Shown: positions 14,344 to 28,169, numbered from the stretch's first letter. The stretch: DNA of 64,000 bases from Eledone cirrhosa (GCA_964016885.1 OZ024744.1:48670001-48734000); one strand, 5' to 3'. Notes: generated by a model not told the origin, from the sequence alone. A program made the numbers and translations.

Positions 14344-14681
14344 CGTATGTTCCGTGCTGCTTTAAACGTGTCTTGGTGGGAACACCCAACAAATAAGGAT
14401 CTCTATGGCAATATACCACCTATCAGCAGGTCAATACGTGGACAGAGACTCAGATTTGCTGACCACTGTTGGCACAGCAAGGAAGAAATAGCAGGTGATG
14501 TGTTGTTATGGAGTCCATCTCATGGAGCAAGAAATGCTGGTCGTCCCAAGAAGACATACGTCAAGCAACTTGAGGACGATACTGGATGCACTGCAGAAGA
14601 ACTGGCAAACGCTATGAGAGACAGAGATGGATGGAGGAAATGTGTCGTAGAAAGCCGAGCAAGCTTGACCTGATGATGATG
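14344..14681 (+). mobile_element. 5'-truncated RTE LINE insertion with target-site duplication
   Basis: Open frame MFRAALNVSW..RLRFADHCW..GRPKKTYVKQL..AMRDRDGWR, (TGA)n tail, TSD ATTCCAGACTA at 14333-14343 and 14682-14692. Confidence 0.9.
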
Positions 14682-15220
14682 ATTCCAGACTAGGTTAAAC
14701 ATGTTGCCCCGTTTGAGGCATGTTGGGTTATGTCTCCATGTCTTGCTCAGACAGAACTGTTTCTAGCTTGGTTTCTCCGGCTGGATGCCCTTCCTAATTC
14801 CAACCACATTTTACAGTGTAGGCTGGGTGCTTTTTGTTGTGACACCTACACAACCACTTTACTGTCTGGGCTGGGTGCTTTTTGCCGTTTTGCCATCATA
14901 ACCACTTTATAGTGAGGGCTGGGTGCTTTTTTTGTCATGTTGCCATCACAACCACTTTATAGTGCGGGTTGGTGACTTCATTTGATGAATACTTCAGCCT
15001 GTCCTCTTGGGAGCTGTATGGGAGGGTGGTGCATACTATATATATGTATGCTTCAGTTTCAGCCTGTGCCTATGGGAAGGCTGGTCTTCTGTATTATATA
15101 TATGCAACTAAACAACCAATTACTTAAATGTGGACATAAATGCATTTACCCCAATCAAAAGTTATTCAGGAATGGAATTAAATGTAAAAACAGTTGATCC
15201 CACAGAGACATGTCAACAGT

Positions 15221-15743
15221 AAACTCAGTCAACACAGTATCAAGGTATCACATACATACTAAGACTGTATGACATACATATATGTAACTAAGACTGTCAA
15301 TTGTCTTAACTTCAACATAGATACAATAGAACAAACCAAAGTTATCTACAAACTCAGTCAATACAGTATCAAGGTATGACATATAACTAAGACTGTGTGA
15401 CATACATATATGTAACTAAGACTGTCAATTGTCTTAACTTCAACATAGATACATCTAGAACAAACCAAAGTTGTCTACAAACTCAGTCAACACAGTATCA
15501 AGGTATGACATATAACTAAGACTGTGTGACATACATATATGTAACTAAGACTGTCAATTGTCTTAACTTCAACATAGATACATCTAGAACAAACCAAAGT
15601 TGTCTACAAACTCAGTCAACACAGTATCAAGGTATGACATATAACTAAGACTGTGTGACATACATATATGTAACTAAGACTGTCAATTGTCTTAACTTCA
15701 ACATAGATACATCTAGAACAAACCAAAGTTGTCCACAAACTCA
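15221..15743. repeat. Tandem repeat, 129-bp unit x4
   Basis: AAACTCAGTC recurs at 15221, 15350, 15479 and 15608; a partial fifth unit (AAACTCA) starts at 15737. Confidence 0.95.
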
Positions 15744-16129
15744 AGAAAAGGTTATCTAAAATCCTACATTTTATCTCATTTACTAGACACTGACCACTCA
15801 AGGAAGAGTTAATCAACACATATCATTCTAAACTGTGTTTCAACACTCCTGGTAATACAACCATTGACCTGCATCACTTACTGGTATGGGGATGATGGAT
15901 GTCATCAGGCTGCAGTCATCATATTACATAGTTTCTATATAATAATAATCTACAGCAACAATGAACCTATGATATAATTAGCAGAGAACTCACACATAAC
16001 CAGTAAAACAGGGACTGCCACTGTCCTAATCCCCTAATAAATCTGACCTAGTACATATATACACACAGGCACTATTCATATATAATAATATTATGTATAT
16101 AATAATGGATGGACACTGACCTTGACCCC

Positions 16130-16465
16130 ATTAGGGAAGTAGCCTCACTTGATAAATACAAAAGGAGTAGGTAGAGATTCCGTATGGTATACATAATGAA
16201 AATCTTGGGTACACAAGAGGTGTAGTGGGATAGTAATCAAACTAACAGAAAAGGTAGACTGTATATGTATCAGATGTGCAGGGGAAGTTTGTACTAAGAG
16301 TATCAGTGAAATAAAATTCTACAATCACAGGAATGACCCATAGAAGTAGCTGATAGCTTCTGTTACCTAGGTGATTTAATTATCATTGGAGGAGGTTGCA
16401 CTGAGAGCATAGTAGCTAGAATAAGAATTGGATAGAAAAAATCAGGGAGCTACTATCTCTACAAA
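16130..16465 (+). mobile_element. Decayed RTE LINE fragment
   Basis: Remnants of the KGVGR.S..WVHKRCSG and EVADSFCYLGD..GGCTESIVARIRIG motifs. Confidence 0.65.
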
Positions 16466-16711
16466 TGAAAGGTTGGCTGTATTTAATATATATCTGTGAT
16501 TAAATATATGTGTGTGTGTGAGAGAGAGTGTGTGTGTGTATGAGTCTGTGTGAGTGTACGTGTGGGTGCACGTGTGTGTGTGTGTGTGTGTGTGTGTAGC
16601 AATAACCATAGGTGTGAAAAAGGAAAACAGTACTCAGTCAGGAGGGGTGGTCTAAATTAGGCATTGAAACCTTAGGTAGTGCTTTTGTTCCTTGTATGAA
16701 CATAAATAAAT

Positions 16712-16847
16712 AATTGTTTCTACTTTAGGCACAAGGCCAGCAATTACCCAGTGCATTACTGGTACTTTATTTTATCGACCCCGGAAGGATGAAAGGCAAA
16801 GTTAACCTCGGCGGGATTTGAACTCAGATCATACTGCCAATCCACCA
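16712..16847 (-). mobile_element. SINE family A, internally deleted
   Basis: Matches family A. Confidence 0.8.
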
Positions 16848-16917
16848 TATAATATAATATGATACATATATATATAAAACAGCCTCATAGACACCATGTG
16901 TGTTTTCTAGATGACAA

Positions 16918-17175
16918 CGTCATCCTTTTGTTCCAGCAGTAGCTAAGAGAAAACAATCGACAATTGTTTCAGAGTTTTTGCTCCTAATTGACATTGCGTA
17001 TTCTTGTTACTGCTAGCTGCTGGAACTGCTGAGAATACATAGTATTCTCAAATGTATACAAAGGCAGTTCCAACATATAGCAGTAACAAGAATACACAAT
17101 GTCGATAAGGAGCAAAAACTCTGAAACAATTGTCGATTGTTTTCGTTTAGCTACTGCTGGTACAAAAGGATGATG
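16918..17175. repeat. Long imperfect inverted repeat (~95-bp arms)
   Basis: 16921-17015 is the reverse complement of 17078-17172 with few mismatches. Confidence 0.9.
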
Positions 17176-17481
17176 CTGTTTACTTGTAAATAAACTGAAT
17201 AATAATAATATTATATTATTATTATATTATTATTATCCACTCACAGATACATACATGTGGAACAAAACTGTCTAACCCATGCTAGCGTGGAAGATGGACG
17301 TTAAGCGATGATGATGATGATTATGATATATATATATTATATATATATATGTATGTATATATATATATATATATACATATATATGTACATATATATATAT
17401 ATATATATAAACAATTAAAAGTCGATCCCCAATGGGGAATTAGAAAATGTTACTCAATATGTTGATAGAGTATAGGCATCT

Positions 17482-17612
17482 TTATTTTATATAGAAATGA
17501 CTTCTACAGGACTAGAACTGTTTCATTTATATGGAATCATCAGGATATTCTTAATGATTTCATATAAATGAAACAGTTCTAGTCATGTAGAAGTCATTTC
17601 TATATAAAATAA
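17482..17612. repeat. Inverted repeat (~59-bp arms, 13-bp loop)
   Basis: 17482-17540 vs 17554-17612, two mismatches. Confidence 0.9.
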
Positions 17613-17635
17613 TGATACATTTAAATATATATCAT

Positions 17636-18022
17636 TATCATCATCATTTCATTTTATGTCCACTTTTCCCTGCTTGCAAGGGTGAGACGGGAACTGATTC
17701 TGGCTTGATTTCTACAGCTGGATGCCCTTCCTAACACCAACCTCATTTACAGTGAGTGCTGGGTACTTTTTTTCCGTGGCACCTGCACGACGACTTTACA
17801 GTGTGGGCTGGGTGCTTTTTTGCCGTGGCACCTCCACGACCACTTTGCAGTGGAATGATAGGGACCCAGACCCTATCATCTCATTTCTACAGCTGAGTAA
17901 ACTGGAGCAATGTGAAATAAAGTGTCTTGCTCAAGGAAACAACACATCACACGGTCTGAGAATTGAACTCGCAACCTTTCGATTGCAAGGCCAATGCTCT
18001 AACCACTGAGCCATGTGCCTCC
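17636..18022 (-). mobile_element. SINE family B, full length
   Basis: tRNA head, CORE-like region and RTE-type tail. Confidence 0.85.
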
Positions 18023-18080
18023 ACTATGTATGACTATATAAATGTATGCATGAATATGTAGTAGTAGTAGTAGTAGTAGT

Positions 18081-18185
<105 letters not shown>

Positions 18186-18389
18186 GGTGGTGGTAGTGGT
18201 AGTGGTATGTTATGTATTACTCTATGCATTGCATCTGACAGATCCTCCCCCACCTCTTCCCATTTCTAACAGGCATATGATGGTGGTGGTGATGGTGTTG
18301 GTGGCAGTATTGGTGGCAGTGTGGGTTTGGTTGTTTTAGAGGGCTCTAGAGAAAACAGCAGCCACTCAGACAAAAACCAGGCACACACA

Positions 18390-18441
<52 letters not shown>

Positions 18442-18585
18442 GATATAGGTAGATAGATAGATAGATAGATATATAAGTGTGTGTGTGCATGCATACACAT
18501 ACATACATACACACACATGCACACACAGACACACACACACACATATAGGTTTGTATATACACCTTATACAAACACAGGCATACTG

Positions 18586-18617
<32 letters not shown>

Positions 18618-19060
18618 CATGATTAATTATTCTATGCAGACAAGACAAGCTGACAAGTTGTTCTAGATTTCTAGAGCCAGGTGGCGCCCCTTGTGTCATT
18701 TCCCAGAATCCTGTCTGACTCACTAATCCATCTGTCTGTGTGTGTGTGCATCATACATCCTGTTTTTCTAGTAGTTCCCTTACCCCTGGTTTCATGGGCT
18801 CACTTGTTCCTGCTTTTGACAGGTGACATACATATATATAGCCAGATAGATAGGTAGATAGATAAACAAACCAATAGATACACATATATATATATATATA
18901 GATAGTGAAACAAACAGATAGATAGAAAGATATAGATAAATAGATATGTTTAGATAGATAGATAGGTATGCACACACACATATAAATATATATATACATA
19001 CTACACATGAAATGAATATACACACATATATTTATATACATGTATTTATATAAATATATG

Positions 19061-19097
<37 letters not shown>

Positions 19098-19203
19098 ATG
19101 TTTATATATATATATATGTTTATATATAATTGCAAACGAATCGATTATTATTATTATCAATATTCGAAAAAACTCAGATTACCCACACATATGTATATGT
19201 GTG

Positions 19204-19268
<65 letters not shown>

Positions 19269-19448
19269 GTATGTATGTATGTATGTAAAATGTAAACAGA
19301 GGTAACAACACAATCGGTACAGTATATGGAAGGGATATATTAGGTTAACGCTTGATATAGCAGGAAGAGGGTTTTAACATTTCCTTATATAAGGACTTTA
19401 ACATCTGAAACTACTTCGCATTTTCTTATTCTATAAATATATATATAT

Positions 19449-19618
19449 AATTGTTTCTACTTTTGGCACAAGGCCAGCAATTAATCCAGTGCATTACTGG
19501 TACTTTATTTTATCGACCCCGTAAGGATGAAAGGCAAAGTTAACTCAGAATGGAAAGGGCCGTAACTCTATGCGTCAAAGCATGGCATCCGACGCTCTAC
19601 CAATACTGCCAACCCACC
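19449..19618 (-). mobile_element. SINE family A
   Basis: Matches family A. Confidence 0.8.
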
Positions 19619-20717
19619 TCTCTTTGTTTATTTTTTATATAAATATTGATTGTTTGTTCTTGTATCTGATTCTGTTATTTTGCCCGAGAAAATATCTATA
19701 TGTGTCATAAAGCGATGCGCACATATGAATATTTTTTCATATCCAATTGAGTTCTTAGCACGTGGCTTGAATTCTTGTCGGAGTTCAACGACCTGCGCAT
19801 GTATTGGTTTTGGCGGTAGCCTCCTTCCTCCCATTTTCGGGACCGTGTGAGATTTTCTTTAGAACTGCTGGACTAACAACCTAGCAGCTCCCTCAAACAC
19901 TGATGGTGATTATCACTAAATATTGATGTTGATTTCGTTATCAATATTAATATTATTGGGCACCCACTGAAGATTTATAAGAACCCACTTGAATAAGTAT
20001 CTGTTGATCTTATACAAGCTTCTACATAACTTGGTATAATTTCACCCAACTTGTAGAAATCTTATAATGAAATGAGTCGTCTGGGAAATGATATATTTGA
20101 TATATCTCATATGAAATAATACAGCCAATTATCCACACAATACAATATAGTTAGCACCCCAAACATTTAATTGGGAATATACTCAGGTATTTCCTAATGT
20201 TTGTTGAGTGAGTTGGAATTTGGCTGGAGTATCGCTTTTAGCTTTCTCCGATTATGTATTTATATATATATATATATATAATTATGTAATAAACAACATA
20301 AGATAATTATTTCATTTACCAGTGGTTTCTTGAAGGCAGATGCTTAATAGTTATGTAATAAACAACATAAACAACATCTGTAGCCTACATAGAGCACTCT
20401 TTTTCCTGTACCTTTCCGACGGAAATACTTCCTTTTTTCACACATAGATATATATATAACTTCTTCTTCACCTTCATCGTTTAATGTCCATCTTCCACGT
20501 TAGCATAGGTTAGATGGTTTTGTTCCATTTGATGTGGGATTGGTCAGGAGACTGTGTCTCGCTCATATGGAAGTGTCTCTGGCAGGTTTTTTTACAGCTG
20601 GATGCCCTTCCTAACACCAACCACATTTACAAATATATATATACATATATATGCATATATATATTTGTGTGTGCGTCTGCATATATGTTCATGTGTGTAT
20701 ATATATATATTTATATG

Positions 20718-20857
<140 letters not shown>

Positions 20858-21131
20858 GCATGTAGATTGCTAGATAGATAAATGTATAAAATAGAACCTT
20901 TTAGAGGTTATAATTCAAATCTACTTAATGAAAGTCAGAAAGCTGTATCTATCTTGCCTGACCTATGACTTTATGCTTGACCTTCAGACATAAGAATGAC
21001 CTTAAAGGACTCTTAAGCAAATCTAACTCATTCAATTAAGGAACAGTTAAAAGCCACTATCACCCTCTGCATATGTAGATATATATATAATATATATATA
21101 TATGTATATATGTATATATATATATATTATA

Positions 21132-21171
<40 letters not shown>

Positions 21172-21463
21172 AAACATATATACAGATACATATAGTATGT
21201 GTACTTGCCAGTGGATCTCAGTCATCCTGATGAAGGACTAACTTCCAATACATTCATACATTTCTTTTCCTTTTCCAAATAACATGAAACTACTAAGACT
21301 TTGTGACATTGTATCTTGGTGTTAGTGTTTTTGATCTTAAACAATATGTTTATAAATATCCTAATTCTCCACAAACTTGTGTTAGTGTCATGAAAAATAT
21401 ACCCTGTACACACACACTCTCTTACTCATACAAACACACACAAAAAAATATATATTATATAAT

Positions 21464-21651
21464 GGGCGGTGAATTGGCAGTATCGGTAGAGGGTCGGACG
21501 CCATGCTTTCTAGCATAGTTACGTCCCTTTACAGTCTGAGTTCAAATCCCGCCGAGGTTAACTTTGCCTTTCATCCTTACGGGGTCGATAAAATAAAGTA
21601 CCAGTAATGTACTGGGTAATTGCTGGCCTTGAGCCTAAAGTATAAACAATT
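21464..21651 (+). mobile_element. SINE family A, full length (reference copy)
   Basis: GGGCGGTGAATTGGCAGTATCGG (A-box-like) .. GAGTTCAAATCC (B-box) .. GCCTTTCATCCTTACGGGGTCGATAAAATAAAGTACC .. AT tail. Confidence 0.85.
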
Positions 21652-21666
21652 ATATATATATATATT

Positions 21667-22012
21667 ATCATCATCATCATCATCATTTCATTTTATGTTC
21701 GCTTTTTCCCTGCTTGCAAGGGTGAGACGGGAACTGATGCTGGCTTGATTTCTACAGCTGGATGCCCTTCCTAACACCAACCTAATTTACAGTGAGTGCT
21801 GGGTGCTTTTTTGCCGTGGCACCTCCACGACCACTTTGCAGTGGGATAGGAACCTCAGTCCCTATCATCTCTTTTCTACAGCTGAGTAAACTGGAGCAAT
21901 GTGAAATAAAGTGTCTTGCTCAAGGAAACAACACATCACCCGGTCTGAGAATTGAACTCATAACCTTTCGATTGCAAGGCCAATGCTCTAACCACTAAGC
22001 CATGTGCCTCCA
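21667..22012 (-). mobile_element. SINE family B, full length
   Basis: Matches family B. Confidence 0.85.
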
Positions 22013-22071
22013 TATTATGTATATATATATTATATATATCATCATCATCATATTCCAGGCTAGCATGGGTT

Positions 22072-22167
<96 letters not shown>

Positions 22168-22219
22168 GTGAATATATATGTGTGTGTGTGTTTGTGTGTA
22201 TACTTACATTAACAACATG

Positions 22220-23010
22220 ACAGTAAAAAATAATTATCTTTGCAGATGATTCCAAGTTCCAGAAGGTTATCAATGGGAGACTGGACATGACTTTAATCAG
22301 ATCTATTTATTGTTGTTGAATATACAATACACTACTAGAAAAAAAGATAAATTTGAGTTAATCCACTTTGGAAAAGAGGATGTTACCATATTCTCTTCTC
22401 TCAAACCATCATGGCATCCAACAACACCAGAGACCTTGAAGTAATTGTTGGTAACAACTTATGCTGAAGTACCCACATAAACAACAAAGTTGACATGGCA
22501 GGATGTGTTCCTGTATTCTTTCTGATTTACAGATATTCCCACCAGTATTCTTCCCTTCTCTACTTTTGTCTCCACCTTGAATAATGCTGTCCACTGTGGT
22601 CTTCCTACATGAAAATTGAAACACCCCAGAACTACAAAAAAAGATAGTATGACAGGCCTATTTGGGGTCAACTAGAAAAACTGAAGCTCTAGAAAAACTC
22701 TCCAATGCCGCTGTGAGCACTACATCATTTGTTATGATGTAGAATGTGGAAAATATTCCATCAACATTGCCCAAATGATGTTGGCTGCAATTTTAAAATT
22801 CATACACGGCTTGATCTCTTTTCTATCTACATCATACAAAAATGCACCTCGCATTACATAACAAGATTACGACACAACTACTTCACCTCAACTGATCCTG
22901 CTCTCTTTAACATCATTAAAAAATTGATCAAAACAGAAAAAGATCCCATAAAATTCAAGATATTCCTTGACAAATTCCCCAAGAAATTACAGATAAATCT
23001 CCTACACCTG
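22220..23010 (+). mobile_element. Decayed CR1/Jockey-group LINE 3' half
   Basis: IIIFADDSK, DKFELIHFGK, MWKIFHQHCPNDVG..RHNYFTSTDPALFN..FKIFLDKF. Confidence 0.65.
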
Positions 23011-23116
23011 GATAAAACATGTCTTAAGTGTGAAGCATGATTTGAAAAACTTTACCAGGTGGTTCTACTAAGTTAGACATGCCCTGGGCCAGCAATCTGT
23101 CAAAGTTATCAAAGGT

Positions 23117-23321
<205 letters not shown>

Positions 23322-23639
23322 CATGTGTGTGTACTGAAAGACATTCAGCTGTTGAAACCAAGCCAAAAACAAATGCACAAACAAGACATAATCACCTGAC
23401 AAGTCTTGCCATACTACAGTGATGCTGATGATGATGATATATTATTATATATGCTTACATAAATGTCACTTAGTACACTATGTAAAGTAGTTGGTGATGT
23501 GAAGAACCCGAAGCCATAGAAAACCTTCCAAAACTGAAGACTGAATATTCCTTTAACAGATGCACTTTCAGGGTATTTCTCTTGGATATTCAGCGACGTT
23601 TGACAAGTTTACCCCCATGTATTACAGGTATGAATTATG

Positions 23640-23830
23640 CTTGTGAGTTAAACACTTTAATTACCATGGAGACTTTTGGTGTCTTTGGCCTTAGGGCCAC
23701 CTTTCTACTCATCACCATCGGCACGGAGTTGGCTACCTGCAGGTGTGATCCTCAAGAGCTGGAATAGCTCTTCCAGCGCATCTCTCTCACTATCCTCTAT
23801 GGAAACATCTTCTCTATTCCGATCACTGGG
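23640..23830 (+). mobile_element. CRE-like non-LTR retrotransposon REL-endonuclease C-terminal remnant
   Basis: METFGVFG..LLITIGTELAT..DPQELE*LFQRISLTILYGN resembles the AVET.G..G..L.QRISLAI.RGN motif. Confidence 0.6.
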
Positions 23831-24369
23831 CTGTGGGGTGGCCAGCGTGTGTGTGCCCCCCCCCCCCCATTTGCTTGTAATAGTGAGAGATGGGAAGAGT
23901 GGGAGAGACAGAAGCAGTGACAGTGGTAGTTTGGTTTGTGTTCAGACCTGGTGTATATGTATATATTTATTTACCACACCACATGTTACATACATATACA
24001 GATCTTAACCACCATATTAAATTGAACATATTTTACTCACGATTTGGGTGACAGAATAGGGAGTTTGATATTTGTTCCTGGTCTCTGTATTCTGAGTTCA
24101 AATCCTGCCATACCCACATTGGCTTCCATCCTTTTTGGGATTCGGATGATAAAAGAAAGTACCAGCGCAGTGTTGGTGCAGCCTTCTCTCATTCCAATTG
24201 TCACATCTTTTATGTCCCATTGGATAATAATAGGAGTGGCTTGGGGATCAAGAGGGTGGTGGTGTCTGTTTATAAATGCATCGACACCTAAAACTAGTGA
24301 CATTATGGTACATAATATCAAGTAATGTTTGATTTTCAGTGATGGTTGTATTTCCACTGCCCTCCCAAC

Positions 24370-24985
24370 ACCAACCTATCTTTCCCTCTCATCTACCACC
24401 CCAACACCCTACAGCTCCTGCAATATATTCTCCATTTCTTCTGCACCCTCTCTTCTGACCCCGTCACTTTTCTCTTTTTTCCTAACCCACCTATCACCAC
24501 ATTTAAGTGTGCCTATATTCTCTGTGACCTCCTGATATGCAGTTCCTTCTCATCCTCTCCTATGACGCCACCCAGCTCTCATCCTTGTTCTCATCCCCAC
24601 TGTAACAGCTGTCCTTTCATTTCCAACCTCACCACCCTCACAGACACCAACGGATCATTCCGTATCCACCACTCCTTCACCTGCACCTCCACCCAAGTTG
24701 TCTGCACCCTCCGGTGTTCCCTTTCTGGGTCTTTATACACCATACAAACAGAATGCCGTATGGCAGACCATTTTGCTGAGCATTTGAGGGACATACAACT
24801 CCATATGGATACCCCATCGCCCGTCATTTCCGTTCTCCTGGTCACTCTTCCCAACATGTCTCAGTCCTGGGTGTCCTTTTACATCACGGATCACAGCCCT
24901 CATGCACCAGGACTGAACAGAGTCTGGTTTACCACTTTGGGTCCTGTTTCCTTCATGGACTCAACACCCCTCCCCAATTTCTTTA
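24370..24985 (+). mobile_element. Penelope-like element remnant (RT-thumb linker, Cys-rich linker, GIY-YIG endonuclease)
   Basis: PLIYHP..FPNPPITTFK..PCSHPHCNSCPF..FTCTSTQVV..RC..LY..QTECRMADHFAEHLRDI; after a frameshift, IARHFRSPGH..HGLN. Confidence 0.85.
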
Positions 24986-25315
24986 ATATCACACACATAT
25001 ATGTTCATGCTTACTTCTCTACCCTTTGACCCGTTACATTTACCCCGTCCATTATCACACACACGCTTGTACATTCACCTCGAGATTCCTATGGCTCTCT
25101 TATGGTCAGAAAAATATACTCTTACATCTGATACAGACCAACTAAATACTCACACACACACCTCTACTTTTCCCTTCACAGCTCTGTATACAGACACACA
25201 CTCCCTTATATTAAAATACTTTTACTCACAGGTTCATTCTTACAAACAGATGCAAACACTCTTTTACTTACATATACACATACATATCTACTTAGCTTCG
25301 TACGGACGTATAATA

Positions 25316-25415
25316 ACTGTTTCTACTTTTGGCACAAGGCCAGTAATTACCCAGTGCATTACTGGTACTTTATTTTATCGACCCCGTAAGGATGAAAGGC
25401 AAAGTAAACCTCGGC
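25316..25415 (-). mobile_element. SINE family A, partial
   Basis: Matches the family A 3' half. Confidence 0.8.
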
Positions 25416-25751
25416 ACACATATGCACATGCACACACATATGCACATGCACACACATATGCACATGCACACACATATGCACATGCACACACATATGCACA
25501 TGCACACATATGCAACGCACACACATATGCACACACACACACACACATGCACACACACATGTACAGCTCTATATACAAAACGTTTTTTTTTCATCATCCA
25601 CTTTTCTAAAAAGAGTATATTATACACAAAACGCCAGCACCAACAGTTTTCCAAGAGATGGCAACATGAATGGACCTGTTATTTTTATCTAAAACCATTT
25701 TTTCCAATTTTGCCCTGCCTGTCCCTTCAATCTTTCTAATTTCTCATTCTT

Positions 25752-25787
25752 TCTTCTGATGAAGGACTAGCGTCCGAAACGTTAAGA
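25752..25787 (+). ncRNA. Candidate minimal type-I hammerhead ribozyme (PLE-associated)
   Basis: UCUU-CUGAUGA-A-GGAC(UAGC)GUCC-GAA-ACGU-U-AAGA. Confidence 0.6.
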
Positions 25788-25867
25788 CACTCTTCCTGCT
25801 ATTTCAAGCGTTAACCTAATATGTTCCTTCCATATACTGAACCGATTGTCTTGTTATTTCTGTTTAC

Positions 25868-25938
<71 letters not shown>

Positions 25939-26108
25939 GGTCTGTGGTGCTGGAACTGAGGAAACCATTAATCATGTGAGTACTCGATACATGGGGAGAT
26001 GTAGAGTGGGCATAGAGAAATGTAAAATCTCCATTGCGGTCTAAGGCCAAAACCACTTGGCATTATGGTCGAGATTTTACATCTCCCTCTCACTCACTCT
26101 CTCTCTCC

Positions 26109-26170
<62 letters not shown>

Positions 26171-26174
26171 TATC

Positions 26175-26214
<40 letters not shown>

Positions 26215-26557
26215 TATATATATATATATATTGTATGCATGTGTGTATATATAGTATATATAGTAATTGTGGGTTAACAAAAATGCTAGGATGACCTTTC
26301 TTAACTTAAATAACAATCTCTTCATTCAGATAATTATATGAGTGTATGTTTTATATATATATATATATAAATATATACATACATATATATATACATATAT
26401 ATATATATGTATGTGTGTGTATGTGTGTGTATGTGTGTGTGTGTGTGCATGTGTGTGTTTGCATATGTGTATATGTAAATGTATATATATATGTATATAT
26501 ATATATGTGTGTTTATACATCTTTATCTATATATATATATATACACACACACATATA

Positions 26558-26599
<42 letters not shown>

Positions 26600-27324
26600 C
26601 ACATATATATATGTGTGTGTGTATATATATATATATATATAGATAAAGATGTATAAACACACATAATAAAATATATATATATACGTATATATATATATAT
26701 ACGTATATATGTATATATTTTATTTAAATGTCGGAATTCAAAATGTAGGAAATAACTGTAACAACAGTTCATCACCACAAATAATAGCTTATTAAACTGT
26801 ATAACATACTGCTAGATATAGAAAAAAGTTACTAGTAGCTGCTTTGGAGAACTGAACTTTGTATCTCTTGAATACCATGCCTGCATGTACTGGCCTAGTC
26901 ATTTCCATCACTAGGGCTATTTTACATATATTTCTAAACTATTATTTACAGTGATCGATAATAATTGTTGTTACAATTATTTTTTGCATTTGGGAGTCCC
27001 ACATTTTCAAATTTCAAATCACTCAAGCGCTTCAATAAATCATAAGATTTGTTTACTTTCAGATCTCAAGCTGTTTATTATAACTCCTTACAAAAGATGG
27101 AATTCATTCTCAGCTGCCCCTTAGCACAATGGCTAACACACTTGGCTGGTATTCAGAAGATATGGAGTTTGATTCACCGTAGCAGCTGCTGGTCATTTTT
27201 TTCCATCTCTAAGGGCATTTCATCTGATTTTCTAAAGCTATTATTTATAGTGATTGAGTGCCCCCACATTTTCAAGTTTCATATTACACAGCACTTCTAT
27301 AAATCATATGGATGATGATCACTG

Positions 27325-27495
27325 GGTGGAGAAGTGCCTGGAAAACCCAAAGGTGGCTCAAGAAAGACTTGGGAAGAGGTGGTGAAAGCTGATCTCAAAC
27401 CATTGAGACTCAAAGAAGCAATGATAAAGGAATGTAGCTGTGCAGAAAAGGACACATCCAACCCATGCAAGATTAGAAAAACGGACATAAAAACT
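27325..27495 (+). mobile_element. RTE LINE 3' end fragment
   Basis: RKTWEEVVKADLK..; tail AACCCATGCAAG..AAACGGACATAAAA. Confidence 0.7.
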
Positions 27496-27605
27496 ATATA
27501 TATAATAGTATATATATGATATATATATAATTGTTTCTACTTTAGGCACAAGGCCAGTAATTACCCAGTGCATTACTGGTACTTTATTATATGATATATA
27601 TATAA

Positions 27606-27683
<78 letters not shown>

Positions 27684-27802
27684 TTATTTATAACTGATTC
27701 TCTGTTTATCAATGTATATATGTGTGCATGCGTGTTTTCATATATACAATATATATATATACACACACATACATATCTATGTATTTATTATAGTTGTTCC
27801 TG

Positions 27803-27825
27803 AAGTAGTAGTAGCAGCAGCAATC

Positions 27826-27921
<96 letters not shown>

Positions 27922-27922
27922 A

Positions 27923-27998
<76 letters not shown>

Positions 27999-28008
27999 GG
28001 TGGTGGTG

Positions 28009-28039
<31 letters not shown>

Positions 28040-28123
28040 AAGTAGTAGTAGTAGTGGTGGTGGTGGTGGTGGTGGTGGTGGTGGTGGTGGTAATAGTAGT
28101 AGTAGTAGTAGTAGTAGTAGTAA

Positions 28124-28169
<46 letters not shown>

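Noticed and set aside
15221-15743. CRISPR-like array
   Set aside because: Contiguous units with no unique spacers, eukaryotic context, no cas genes
19628-19935. CpG-containing 68-aa ORF with a CTGATG-GTGAT..ATCAC hairpin nearby
   Set aside because: No recognisable homology, and the hammerhead core is incomplete at two positions
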